Source of the DNA: a bacterium
Lineage (GTDB): Bacteria > Patescibacteriota > Gracilibacteria > BD1-5 > UBA2023
Assembly: GCA_043778375.1 (NCBI GenBank)
Contig: JAYWGH010000012.1
Span: forward strand, 1 to 36,863
DNA length: 36,863 nucleotides
Reading direction: 5' to 3'
In this document: positions 1-10,174 of the stretch, in pieces
Position numbering within the stretch: the stretch's first letter is position 1
How the letters are laid out: each line of letters opens with the position of its first letter
Notes under the pieces: generated by a model
Seen by the model: the letters and a program-made list of their open reading frames with translations, nothing else
Told to the model about the DNA's origin: nothing
The model's database searches: none
Translations under genes and position numbers: made by a program

Positions 1-1058
1 CGTGTACCTGATCGTGAGCAGTAACCGACTTTGTGCGTATATGGCTCAACTCGTAGGAGATTGCCTCGAGCTCGTAGGAGCTCTACAATATTCTCTCGCG
101 CAGTCGTTGCAGCGTCCTGACCTGCAAATATTCAGGCTTCACTATTCATCTTGCCGTTGCGGTCGATCACCGAGTAGTCGAGGGTAAGATTATGGCGCTT
201 CCCCATCTCAAAGTCCGATGCATCGTGCGCAGGGGTAATCTTGACGACTCCTGTTCCAAAGTCACGATCAACTGACTCATCAGCAATGATAGGGATTTCT
301 TTATTGAGGATTGGGAGCATCGCCATCCGACCGATCATCTTTTTGTAGCGCTTATCTTTTGGATGTACTGCCACGGCCATATCTGCGAGAAGTGTCTCGG
401 GCCTCGTGGTCGCGATCGTAAACTCATTATCAGAGCCCGACACAAAGTAGGTTATATAGTACATGAACGACTCCTCCTCCTTCATATCTACCTCGAGGTC
501 AGAGATCACCGACTGAAGTCCCGGTGAGTAGTTGACCATATACTCACCCCGATAGATGAGTCCCTTGGCGTAGAGATCTATAAACACATGCTCGACGAGT
601 TTGTTCGCTGGAGCATCAAAGGTAAATCTCTCGCGACTCCAGTCACAACTCGAACCCATCTTTCGGATTTGATTGTTGATGTTTGCTGCGTATTCGTCTT
701 TCCACTTCCATACTTCCTCGAGAAACTTCTCTCGTCCGAATCACTCGCGAGTGAGTCACTTCTCAGCGAGTTGCTTCTCTACTCGAGCCTGAGTCGCGAT
801 CCCAGCGTGATCTGTCCCTGGGATCCAGATCGTCGCGTCCCCACAGAGCCGGTGATATCGAGTCATGATATCCTCGATCGTGAGTGTGAGAGAGTGTCCG
901 ATATGGAGATTCCCGGTGACATTTGGCGGAGGAATCGGGATATAAAAAGTCTTCCCTGACCGTGAAGTCTCAGTAGGGGCAAAAAGTCCAAGTGACTCCT
1001 CACGAGCATAGATCTGATCTTCAAAATCTTTTGGATTATACTGTTTTGGAAATTCCAT
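1..1058 (-). CDS. valS: valyl-tRNA synthetase, N-terminal ~350 codons (gene continues past the left edge)
   Basis: Track ORFs 756..1058 and 132..659 plus 1..131 form one frame joined through in-frame TGA at 756, 741 and 132. It carries the class I HIGH motif ([13 protein letters not shown]), TRPETLLAD and ITPAHD. The TGAs fall on conserved Gly columns (..TRE-TGA-FGREKF; NSEA-TGA-IFAGQD). Confidence 0.93.
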
Positions 1059-1177
1059 GGTGGAGGATTGCTAAGGTATCTTTTGAGTTTGCGGTATTGA
1101 GTGTGTTTTGAGACAACTTTTGAAACACCGTAACGAATACCTCAACTATATGGAGAGTGCTCTCTATTGCAAGGCGC

Positions 1178-1208
1178 GCAAACAAAAATCTCAGAGTAAA
1201 CTGAGATT
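1178..1208 (-). terminator. rho-independent terminator downstream of the 1223..2242 gene
   Basis: In minus-strand RNA the stem is AAUCUCAG (1201-1208) with loop UUUACU and partner CUGAGAUU (1187-1194), followed by UUUGUUUG. The hairpin starts 14 nt after the TAA at 1223-1225. Confidence 0.6.
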
Positions 1209-1222
1209 AAGTGACTACTGAG

Positions 1223-2242
1223 TTAACGAACCACTTTGAGCTCACCAAGCAATCTATTTTGTTCTCGTGTAATCCTATTCCAGTCTGGTTTTCTCTGAAA
1301 ACTAAATACACTTTTACGTTTTCTTGGCGCTGATTGGCGAGTAAGATCATATACTACACTACGAGTGTAATCAGATAGAGCACCAACCACCTCCTCGGGA
1401 TAAGCAGCTAAACTATAGTCTTTCGCTACATCATCACTATGACGATCTAGATTTTCGGAACGGATAGGAATAGTAGAACCTCATTTCATAACAATTGCGT
1501 TCGGTACAGCATCTTTACTCACTCTAAAATTCTCAAGATAATAGTTATCTCAAAAGTAGAAGGCGAGCAATGCTCCACGGACAGCGCTCCTGTACTTATT
1601 GAGTATAGTTTCATCAAACTGTATATTAGAATGAGCGTGAATAGCGCGAGATATGTCTCAGAGCTGAGGAGCCTTAAATCCAAGTGCAATAAGTGAATCT
1701 ACATCTCGAATAAAGTCTGCAGTCGCTATAATATTTACCCTTGCAATTGCAAGTTCATCTCTTCTGTCTGTAGCGAGCTTATCATTTCACTTTCTAGATA
1801 TGGCTCGTGCATTCTCAAATCTGTCTTCTACTTGAAATTCTACTCATCGTGTATAGACCTGAATATACAAAAAGTCATACAAACGACTCTGTACAAAGGA
1901 CAGAGATGAAGTATTTCGCTGAGTCACAATGTTTTGCTCATATGAGAGTATGAGTTTAATCAAGGTATCCAGTTTATGTTCTGAGAGATCTGCATTTGTA
2001 ATAAACCTTGTTTTAAGTTCAGAAATCAGTCATTGTGTTTTTTGGCTGCAACCTTTAAATTTACTTGGGAGATCTTCAGTCCAATTAGTACGCAAAATAT
2101 GATCAAAAAGGTCAGCTCGTTTTTGAAGCTTTTTTATTTGATCTGGAGAAGCAACCTCAGTTTCTATTTTTCTACCTGGGCCTGAAAGTATTATCGACTT
2201 TTTATATGGCGTACCACCTGAAATACCTATAACAATTGACAT
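1223..2242 (-). CDS. hypothetical protein, 339 aa, AT-rich orphan; weak HEPN-like R-x4-H motif
   Basis: The frame is open from ATG 2240-2242 to TAA 1223-1225 only if several in-frame TGAs (e.g. 2030, 1844) are read as sense. I checked that no in-frame TAA/TAG occurs. The standard-code track shows only the first 70 aa (2030..2242). No family was recognised. It contains ..GDISRAIHAHSN.. (R-x4-H) and an N-terminal VIGISGGTPYKKS that resembles a Walker A loop but fails its consensus. Confidence 0.6.
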
Positions 2243-2299
2243 AGTATTAATCTACTCGTGTCACCTACTTTGTAAAGTAATTTTAGAATTTAATTCTTA

Positions 2300-3655
2300 C
2301 TACTTCCCAACGATATCATGAGTCCCCCGTTTAACATCAAATTTCCCAATTTCGTGATCAACATAAATCGGAAAACTCTCCTGAAATCTTGCTCGAAACT
2401 CAAGCCCTATCGCCTTTGCGAGGAACTGTAATGTCGGGTGCACAAAATGTGTAGATCGGAGCTCTAGGAGATATATCCATGCTGGAAGTCCTCATCGTAA
2501 ACGGCAACTTACCTGATATCCCATAGGGACGAGGTACTGCATTTCCTCTTTAGAGAGATTTAAAGTTAAAGTTGCTTCTTTCTGAGTATTCAAAAATATT
2601 ATAGATTCTTCTTGGAGATGAGCTGGTAAGTTCTGGATGTACCAAGGATGAAATCCAAGATCAAATGTAAGAAGTGGCATGCGCTGAGATACTGCGCGAT
2701 GACGCTGCAAGTCTCGATAGCTTCAAAAATCAATAGGGAAATCTACTCCTATAGTTCAAAAGTCTGCAAGAAATGTAGGAAGTTCTGTTTTTGGTGGTCG
2801 TGACTTGAGTACTTGTGAAAATCCAGCAAGTCCTACCTGATCAAAAAGACTAAAATCAATAGAAGTACTCTGAGTTGTGGGATTATGATAGAGATAGTCC
2901 TGATTCACCCAAGATGCATTATAGTCCTCAGTCGACTCATACACTTTGTGATCAAAGCTATTTGGATGAGCTCTCTTAAGAGCGCGCAAAATAGTATGAG
3001 CAATATCTTGTACCTCTATTAATGGGTGATGTCGTAAGAGAGCGATCTTGTCAGCAGCTTGGCGAAGATTTGTATGCCAAGCAAGATTTGTTGATGCACC
3101 AGCTGGAAGGAGTCCACGGGTAATATCAAAAGCACGAGCATTTATAGCCTTTTCCCATACTTTCTCATCCTCACCTTCCATTCGCGGATGCTTGAGAGCA
3201 AGGTCTATCTTTGAAGCCTCAAGAGCTTTGAGGTAAAATGCCCGATACGACTCAGTAATTTCTGATTGAACCGCCTGATCTTTTCCTGCTACGAGAAAGG
3301 CTTGCCGAGAAAAATCAATATAACGAGTAGAAGCTTCCTGACCACTATAGAGTGCCCAGTCTTGAACCGCTTTTGCTGCGAGCATAGAAACTCCCTCGAT
3401 AAATATAGTCGTCGAACCACAGTCTCAGATAGATTTATGCCCATATCCGACATAAAAATTCTTCATAAAGTTATCAGAGCCTTTCGCCTCTAAAATAGAA
3501 AGATGAGATCTGAGTCATCCAACCGAGCGTGAGTGGAGCGCCTGAAGCATAGCGTCCGACTCTGGAGATATCACAGCTCCCGTATCGAGTACTATTACTT
3601 CTCCCCCACTTTTAAGGACTTCAGAAGTGTGATTAAGTTGAGAAATATCAGACAT
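2300..3655 (-). CDS. thyX: FAD-dependent thymidylate synthase ThyX, long two-domain form (451 aa)
   Basis: Track ORFs 2756..3385 and 2492..2710 plus their flanks form one frame from ATG 3653-3655 to TAG 2300-2302, joined through TGA at 3515, 3425, 2756, 2723 and 2492. The ThyX signature LQRHRAVSQRM lies in the C-terminal half. The N-terminal half is ThyX-like with a degenerate LHSRS in place of RHR. Confidence 0.8.
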
Positions 3656-3664
3656 AAAGAAAAT

Positions 3665-4720
3665 TTAGAAATCCCAACTCCCCTTCATACTCGACGACTG
3701 AGCATAGTTGATAACCGTCGTCTCAAAGAAATTTCCCTTATCGGAGTTTGGATCCTGTAGGCGATCAAGGTGCTTGTATGGGTTTACCATAGCCTCAGGA
3801 TAAATAGCCGCAATACCGAGCATCGCAAGACGCTGATTGGCGATCCACTTGGTATATCCAGCAGTTGTCTCCCCATTGATCCCCATAATTTTTGAGCCAA
3901 GGATATGGTTTGACCAAGTAATCTCCTGCTCAACCGCAGTACGAGTAAGCTCAATGATCGTAGATTCGCTATATACATCAGGGAACTCGCGCTTGATCTC
4001 TCGCAAGATATTTGCAAAGAGGGTCATGTGTGTGAGCTCATCTCGACGGATATAGGCGATCATACGACCAGTTGCCGGCATCTTCATCATATCTACGAGC
4101 GTATCAAAAAACGCAAATCCGTTGTAGAAGTAGAGCCCCTCAAGGAGAAAGTTTGCGACAAGTGCCCGAAAGAATGTCTTATCGTCTGGTCGATCAATGA
4201 ACTCTTGGTATACTCCCCCGATGTACTTGTTGCGCTCGAGCAGCACATTGTCTGTTCTCCAAAAATAGTAGATTTCCTCACGCTCCTCGGGAGAAACTAC
4301 TGACTCAAGGATAGTCGCGTATGACTGAGAGTGAATCGCCTCCTGATAGGCATGGATTGAGATGAGGAGATTGACCTCTGGAGCGGTAATATAGTCCGAG
4401 AAGTTTGGGAGATTGACCGTCTGGATAGAGTCGAGAAATATCAAAAACGAGAGAATCCCCTTGTAGGCTCGCTGCTCCTCAGGAGTGAGAGTAGAGTGGA
4501 AGTCTCGTTGATCGTCCTTGAGTCCAGAGACTTTTTCTGGAAGCCAGAAGTTACCTACCATTACCTGATAGAGCCCCTTCGCCCAAGAGTACTTGACGGC
4601 ATTAAGATTGAAAAGACCGGTCGTAGACCCCTTGATGATCGTGCGATGCTCAACCTGATCATTTCCGATGGGGTTGAAGAGGGGGTTTGCTTGGATGAGT
4701 GTACTTTCTTGGGTGGTCAT
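3665..4720 (-). CDS. nrdB: ribonucleotide reductase class I beta subunit
   Basis: This is an intact 351-aa ORF ending in TAA. It has R2-type di-iron ligand helices (..IHAYQEAIHSQSY.., ..NFLLEGLYFYNGFAFF.., ..RDELTHMTLF..) and sits directly downstream of nrdA. Confidence 0.9.
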   Translation of the reverse strand: MTTQESTLIQANPLFNPIGNDQVEHRTIIKGSTTGLFNLNAVKYSWAKGLYQVMVGNFWLPEKVSGLKDDQRDFHSTLTPEEQRAYKGILSFLIFLDSIQTVNLPNFSDYITAPEVNLLISIHAYQEAIHSQSYATILESVVSPEEREEIYYFWRTDNVLLERNKYIGGVYQEFIDRPDDKTFFRALVANFLLEGLYFYNGFAFFDTLVDMMKMPATGRMIAYIRRDELTHMTLFANILREIKREFPDVYSESTIIELTRTAVEQEITWSNHILGSKIMGINGETTAGYTKWIANQRLAMLGIAAIYPEAMVNPYKHLDRLQDPNSDKGNFFETTVINYAQSSSMKGSWDF

Positions 4721-4793
4721 GAGTTAATTGGAAGAATATACAGACTAATTCATTTCTTTAATTTTAGGTAGAATTCACTTTTATTCAAGCTTT

Positions 4794-7412
4794 CTACCCA
4801 CTACAACTCACACAATCTTCCTTTGCCTCGAGGGAAAGCGATCGCACATAGTAAACTGTCTTTATCCCCTCTCCCCACGCCTTCATGTAATACTCCGAGA
4901 GATCCTTTGGTGTGACCTTAGCAGGATCGATCATCCACTCAAAGCTGATCGACTGATCAATCCATTTGTAGATCGTCGAGATCATGTCGATAACATCATT
5001 CATATCCATGCTCACATACTCTTTGTAGAGCCAGAAGTTTTTGGCATCGAGCTTTGGAGCAATGCGGATCGTCGGTGAGGAGAGATTGGTCTCAACAAAG
5101 TACTTTTTGTAAATCGGGAGGAGTGCGGCTGTTGTCCCAACGACTCAGGCAGTAGAAGTATTTGGTGCTGGACCTGTCACATACCCAAACCTGACTCCAT
5201 ACGTTTTCATCCGAGCAAAAAGTCCCTTCCAATCAAGATGCGTGAACTGCTTTTGACCCTCAAAGTCTTCGGATTTACGTCCGAGGAGAATCCCCTTGTC
5301 ATACTCAGATCCTGGATAAAGCTCAAATGTACCACGTTCCTCAGCGAGCTGAATCGACGACTCGTAAGTGTAGTAAGTATAGAGCTCAAAGAGTTCATTC
5401 ACATGTTTACGAGCCTCTGCTGAGTCGTAGGCATATCCGTTTGTCGCGAGGTACTCAGCGAGTCCGAGATATCCGAGTGCTACCGATCGGTAACGCTTGG
5501 CAGTTCGCTCTGCGGCCTTTACTGGGAATTGATTGAGAATGATAATATTATCAAGAATTCTCATAACAACTGGGTACACCTTTTTGATCTCTTCCTCGGT
5601 ATTTACCTTCGCAATATTGATCGATGAGAGGTTGCAAGTCACCACATCCCCTGGCTCATATCTGATAACAATCTTCCCGTCCTCGATCGTCTCCTCGATA
5701 AACTTACATGGAGAGGTATTCTGACAAATCTCCGTACAAAGCTGCGTCGAGTAGACATTTCCTGCATGTTTATTTGGATTGAGGCGATTGACCGTATCTC
5801 GGAAGAACACATATGGCATCCCGGTCTCTACTGTAGTCTTGAGGAAGGTTTTGTAGAGATCCTTTGCCTTGATAGTCTTACGCATGTGGAGTCTGTCGTC
5901 CTTTTCGAGCATGAGATAGAACTCTTCAAACTCCTCACAAAAAGTATCTTGGAGTTTTTTGGGGTAGAGCTTACCGATCTCATATGGATCCATAAGCGTC
6001 CAGTCACCATCCTCCTGCACTCGTCGCATAAATATATCTGGTACACTCACTGCAGGGAATATATCAAACGCTTTTGCGCGAACATCTCCCGTCTCCGTCT
6101 GAAGCTCGAGAAAATCAAATATATCACGGTGCCAGATGTCAAGAGTTACTGATACTGCCCCAAGTCGCTGCCCGAGTTGATTGACTGCTACTGCGGTATC
6201 ATTGATAACCTTGATCCATGGATTTACCCCTCCTGCAGCTCACTTTATCCCTCGTATCTCAGCTCCCTGTGCTCGGATGTTCCCAAGATATACCCCGAGG
6301 CCTCCCCCAAATTTTGAGATCTGAGCAATATCCTCTACCGCGTGGTAAATAGCCCGGAGATCATCGTCAACATTGATCTTGAAACAACTTGAAAGCTGGT
6401 GCCAGTTGGTACGAGGATTATTGAGTGCTGGAGTCGCGAGTGAGATCTTCCCTTGTGAACAATACTCATACACTTTTTTTGCGAACTCAAGCCGCTTCCC
6501 TGCTGGCTCTGGGATAGCGTAAAACAGAGCTACAGAGAGGTAGAGCTCTTGTGGGAGCTCGTGTACTACTTTATTTGGGTTGAGGAGATAGCGCTTTGAG
6601 AGGGAGAGTACTGTCGTATACCCATATCCCATGTCGGTCTCTCGAGAGAGCCACTTCCCTGCCTCGAGGAGATCTGCGTCCGAGTAATACTCCATGAACT
6701 TACTGTAATAGTGCCCCTTCGCCATGTAGTCCTGAAAAAACGCGAGGTAGCTCTCAGGAGTATAGAGCTCACCCATAGTCATGTTCCGATTCTTGCAGGC
6801 TTGCTTGTAGAGATTCATGAGAGCAAATCTCCCAGCAATGTGCTCCCACGATATGTTCTCAACACTCACAAGATCTATACAGGTTTTTGTGAGAAGCTTG
6901 ATAATGTCCGAGGTCTTGATCTCCTCGACAAGATTTTTCTTGAAGGCTTCCATAAGTGCTTCAAAAGTGCAAGTCGCGTCGTATTCCGCTCCTGCTATCA
7001 CAAACATCTTTGCAATCTTAGATGGATCAAAATACTCTTTCGAACCATCAGACTTGGTGACCTTGAGTTTGTTCTTCTCAAACTGCTCAACAAGCTTTTC
7101 TTGTTTTTCATCCCGCTGCTCTTGTTTACTCGCCCGATAGATGATGTATGACTTCGCTACCTCAAACTTGTTAAACTTCATGAGATTGCGCTCAACGATA
7201 TCCTGTACATCTTCTACAGATGGAATACGATTGACAAACACTTCTCCGTATACATGTTCAAGATCTTTGACAATAAAGTCAGTGATCACGGGTACAAACG
7301 ATGTATCCGTCTCCCCAGCAGACTGAGCAGCGGCGAGTATCGCCGACTCAATACGAGTACGATCGAAGTCTATGAGTTCTTCGTTGCGACGGCGTACTTG
7401 AGAGAGAGACAT
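4794..7412 (-). CDS. nrdA: ribonucleotide reductase class I alpha subunit with N-terminal ATP-cone (872 aa)
   Basis: Track ORFs 6240..7412, 5145..6050 and 4794..5015 are one frame joined through TGA at 6240 (..EIRGIK-TGA-AAGGVNPWIKVINDT..) and 5145 (..PNTSTA-TGA-VVGTTAALLPIY..). The gene ends at TAG 4794-4796. Confidence 0.93.
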
Positions 7413-7484
7413 AAGGAAGAGTGAATTATGACAAAAGTATAAATGTTTCTCTCTTGATTTCTTGTAGGAGAGAAAAGTACGAAA

Positions 7485-7534
7485 ACACTACATTTTGTGG
7501 TCCACATATTTATCCAAGTACTACATATTGTCAA
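7485..7534 (-). promoter_or_regulatory. nrdA promoter with two NrdR-box-like 16-mers
   Basis: The two boxes are acactacattttgtgg (7485-7500) and agtactacatattgtc (7517-7532), with centres 32 bp apart. Each resembles the NrdR box palindrome acaCwAtATaTwGtgt. In minus sense there is a TTGACA (7529-7534), a 16-nt spacer and TAAATA (7507-7512). Box 2 overlaps the -35 and box 1 covers the expected transcription start. Confidence 0.55.
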
Positions 7535-7568
7535 AACAAAAAGCAAAAAATGTGATCAATAATGTGGG

Positions 7569-7597
7569 TTTGCGTACGCAGATGCGATCACTACAAT
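7569..7597 (+). promoter_or_regulatory. candidate sigma70-type promoter for the 7633 gene
   Basis: TTGCGT (7569-7574), a 17-nt spacer, then TACAAT (7592-7597), lying 35 nt upstream of ATG 7633. Confidence 0.4.
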
Positions 7598-7632
7598 ATC
7601 AGTAATAGAAAAAGTAATTTGCAAGTATTTTT

Positions 7633-7989
7633 ATGCGAAAAAATCATCTCCTGACATATGTTGTTTTCGGATTAATTTTTTGAGGGCAGAGTGTCTTTGC
7701 AGTAAGTATCCCACCCCAAACTGATCCTTGATATGAGACTATTCTAGCAACACTCATTGACCGAGCCTCAGCACTCTGGACAAGTACAAGTACTAGGGCT
7801 ATGGAGTCACTCATTCATTATGAATCTGTTATTTCTCCAAAAATAGAACCCTTGAGAACTTGGTATGAGGCTAACAATGTTAATGTAAATATAATCCCGA
7901 GTCTCATGACCGTGCATATTCTCGATTTTGTACTGATAGTCCTTGCGATATTCTTATTCGGTTGGTTCGTCCTCAAGAGTCTCGCCTAA
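7633..7989 (+). CDS. small exported / C-terminally anchored hypothetical protein (118 aa)
   Basis: Reading TGA at 7681 and 7729 as Gly extends track ORF 7801..7989 upstream to ATG 7633. This gives a signal-peptide-like N-terminus (MRKNHLLTYVVFGLIFGGQSVFA) and a C-terminal hydrophobic helix (ILDFVLIVLAIFLFGWFVL). The stop is TAA. Confidence 0.55.
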
Positions 7990-9033
7990 TAACTCATCAT
8001 TCACTCCATCTAGGTCAAGCGTCCCATGAAAGGGGCGCTTTTCATGGTCAGGCACTGCTCACCAGTGCTCAGGATGGTCAAAGTAGCTAAATCCCATCTT
8101 TGGGAGATCCTCCTTGAGTGGACCACAAAACTGATGATGATCCCCCCAGAGAGTAAACTCGAGCTTCCAGGCGTGAAGCCATTGTCTCGTAAGACCTACG
8201 CCCTCCCTGAGGAGCTCATTTTCTCGGGAGCGACCGTAGATCTTGTCCCCGACGATTGGAAATCCTATCGAAGCGAGATGTACTCGTATCTGGTGGGTAC
8301 GCCCTGTAAGGAGATCAACCTCGAGAAGAGAGTAGCCATCTCGCCTCTCTCGCACGAACGCGCGAGTGCGGGCAAGTTTTGGGAGGAGTGGGTTCAGAGC
8401 GGTCATCCGCTTGCGGTCGGCAGGATCACGCCCAATATATGACTCAATCGAGAGCTCATCCTCAGGGACTTCTCATATCACTACCGCAAGATAGCGTTTT
8501 GAGATGGTACGACGCTCGATCTTGCGAGCCAGTTCTCGCAGAGTCTTATCATCCTTAGCGATGAGCATGAGTCCACTCGTATCTCGGTCAAGCCTGTGCA
8601 CGAGTCCTGGTCGCTCTTCACCTCAGATGACAGAGAGTGGACCGAAGTGATGGAGGAGTCCATTGACGAGAGTCCCAGACTTCCCCCCTTCTCCTGGTAC
8701 TGGGTGTACATTCATCCCGGGATCTTTGTTTATCACCGCAAATCCTGTGCTATCGTAGATTACCTCTATATCCATGGGCTCAGCGCCAAACTTCGCGTCC
8801 TCTACTTTCCACTCAATGGTGATAATATCGCCCCGAGAGACTTTAAAATTCTTATGTGCAACGATCTCCCCTACGAGCACAGACCCCTCTACAATAAGTC
8901 TCTGTACATACGAGCGACTCATATCAGCAAAAAGAGCCGACAGGTATAAGTCGACTCTCCGCGAGTTACGGGCATGTATATAAACGCAGAATTGACTCTG
9001 GCGTGAGACTTTAGTAGGCAAAATCTCGTCCAT
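7954..9033 (-). CDS. rluD: RluA-family 23S rRNA pseudouridine synthase (RluD-like) with S4 domain
   Basis: Track ORFs 8623..9033 and 8059..8406 are one frame joined through TGA at 8623, 8473 and 8059. It contains HRLDRDTSGL, YLAVVI-TGA-E (the conserved Gly after Y.A.V) and GRTHQIRVHL. Under table 25 the frame runs 35 codons past the standard-code stop to TAA 7954-7956. Confidence 0.88.
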
Positions 9034-9448
9034 AGGTAAAGAGCTCCTCGTCTCGAAAAAATCTTAGCACCTCTACTGCTGCTGTCTCAAGTGAGTCAGA
9101 CGAGTGAATCAAGTTATTATCGATAGACTTCGCGTAGTCACCTCGAATCGTCCCAGTCACCCACTCATTCTCAGCAGTAAGACCGCACATCTTACGTACT
9201 ACTGCGACAGCGTCGTGTCCCTCAATAGCAACCGCCACGATCGGACCTGCGCCCATGAAGCTGACAATAGCTGGATAAAAAGGCTTACTCGTCATGTGAG
9301 AGTAATGCTCATCACAAAGGACCTTATCCATATTCATCATCTTGAGTCCAGCGATCTTAAGACCCTTTTGCTCAAATCGAGTAAGGAGAGTACCAACAAG
9401 TGATCTCTGGATAGTATCTGGCTTAAAAAGTACAAGCGTTCTCTGCAT
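9011..9448 (-). CDS. ndk: nucleoside diphosphate kinase
   Basis: MQRTLVLFKPD.., ..GTIRGDY.., NLIHSSDS (catalytic His). I chose ATG 9446-9448 rather than the track start at 9478 because it matches the family N-terminus. The stop is TAA 9011. Confidence 0.9.
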   Translation of the reverse strand: MQRTLVLFKPDTIQRSLVGTLLTRFEQKGLKIAGLKMMNMDKVLCDEHYSHMTSKPFYPAIVSFMGAGPIVAVAIEGHDAVAVVRKMCGLTAENEWVTGTIRGDYAKSIDNNLIHSSDSLETAAVEVLRFFRDEELFTYGRDFAY

Positions 9449-9538
9449 ATAATGAAGTATCAAAAAAATAGTATGCATACTATAGAGGAACTCACTACAA
9501 AGGCAAGTCTGAGTGCAAAAAAGTCAGCTCGCAAGAGG

Positions 9539-10174
9539 CTAGAAATTAAAAACATCCACCACCTTCCCACTAATATCTATTGAGTCCGTCTCAGTGAGGA
9601 CTATAGGCATATGCTCACTATCTCGAGAGTCAGGAAGGAGATATATATCAGAGCCCTCATGCTTCACACGCTTGACGGTAGCCGCCCCATTGACGATACA
9701 GAGGTAAGCAGCAAATGGATTATCCACACACTTTATACTCGAGTCAATCAGGACAAATGCACCATCAGAGAGATACTTCCCACGGATACTAAAATTATTC
9801 ATCGAAGTCCCCTGGAGCTTCACACAAAAGTATTTTTTTACATCGCCTGAAAGGGCAGTGGGTGATATGAGGAGCTTCCCCTGATCGGACTCGTCAGCAT
9901 AAACGAGTGGTCGACCAGCATTCGCAAACCCGAGTATCGGTACCGGGATCGCTATCTGCGAAGCGATAATACGATCCCCGAGGCGAATAGAGCGATATCC
10001 TCTCCCTCGCGATATAAACCCCTTTTGCTCGAGATAGTCGAGGAACTGCACGACTGAGTGCTTGCTCCGCAGGCCTACAAGTCCTTGGAGCTCATCGAGA
10101 GTCGGAGACTCGCCATGAGACTCGATATAGTCCTTTACAGTGTCAAATACTTTTTGTTGTTTTGGAGTGAGCAT
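9539..10174 (-). CDS. lexA: LexA-type repressor (wHTH plus S24 self-cleaving peptidase)
   Basis: N-terminal MLTPKQQKVFDTVKDYIESHGESPTLDEL, the peptidase Ser in LQGTSM and Lys in ATVKRV. It is 211 aa and ends in TAG. Confidence 0.88.
   Translation of the reverse strand: MLTPKQQKVFDTVKDYIESHGESPTLDELQGLVGLRSKHSVVQFLDYLEQKGFISRGRGYRSIRLGDRIIASQIAIPVPILGFANAGRPLVYADESDQGKLLISPTALSGDVKKYFCVKLQGTSMNNFSIRGKYLSDGAFVLIDSSIKCVDNPFAAYLCIVNGAATVKRVKHEGSDIYLLPDSRDSEHMPIVLTETDSIDISGKVVDVFNF

Noticed and set aside
1059-1222. Intergenic regions longer than 80 nt (1059-1222, 7413-7632, 16904-16990, 21956-22053, 34988-35089) as possible tRNA or small-RNA genes.
   Set aside because: None folds by eye into a cloverleaf with conserved T-loop (GTTCRANNC) or D-loop elements. 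Their content is accounted for by terminators and promoters. A covariance-model scan (tRNAscan-SE, Infernal) would be the decisive check.
7589-7605. A third NrdR-like box (tcactacaatatcagta) in the nrdA / 7633 intergenic region.
   Set aside because: It matches the palindrome consensus poorly and is out of phase, 72 bp from box 2. It is more simply explained as the TACAAT -10 of a plus-strand promoter with a TTGCGT -35 at 17-nt spacing.
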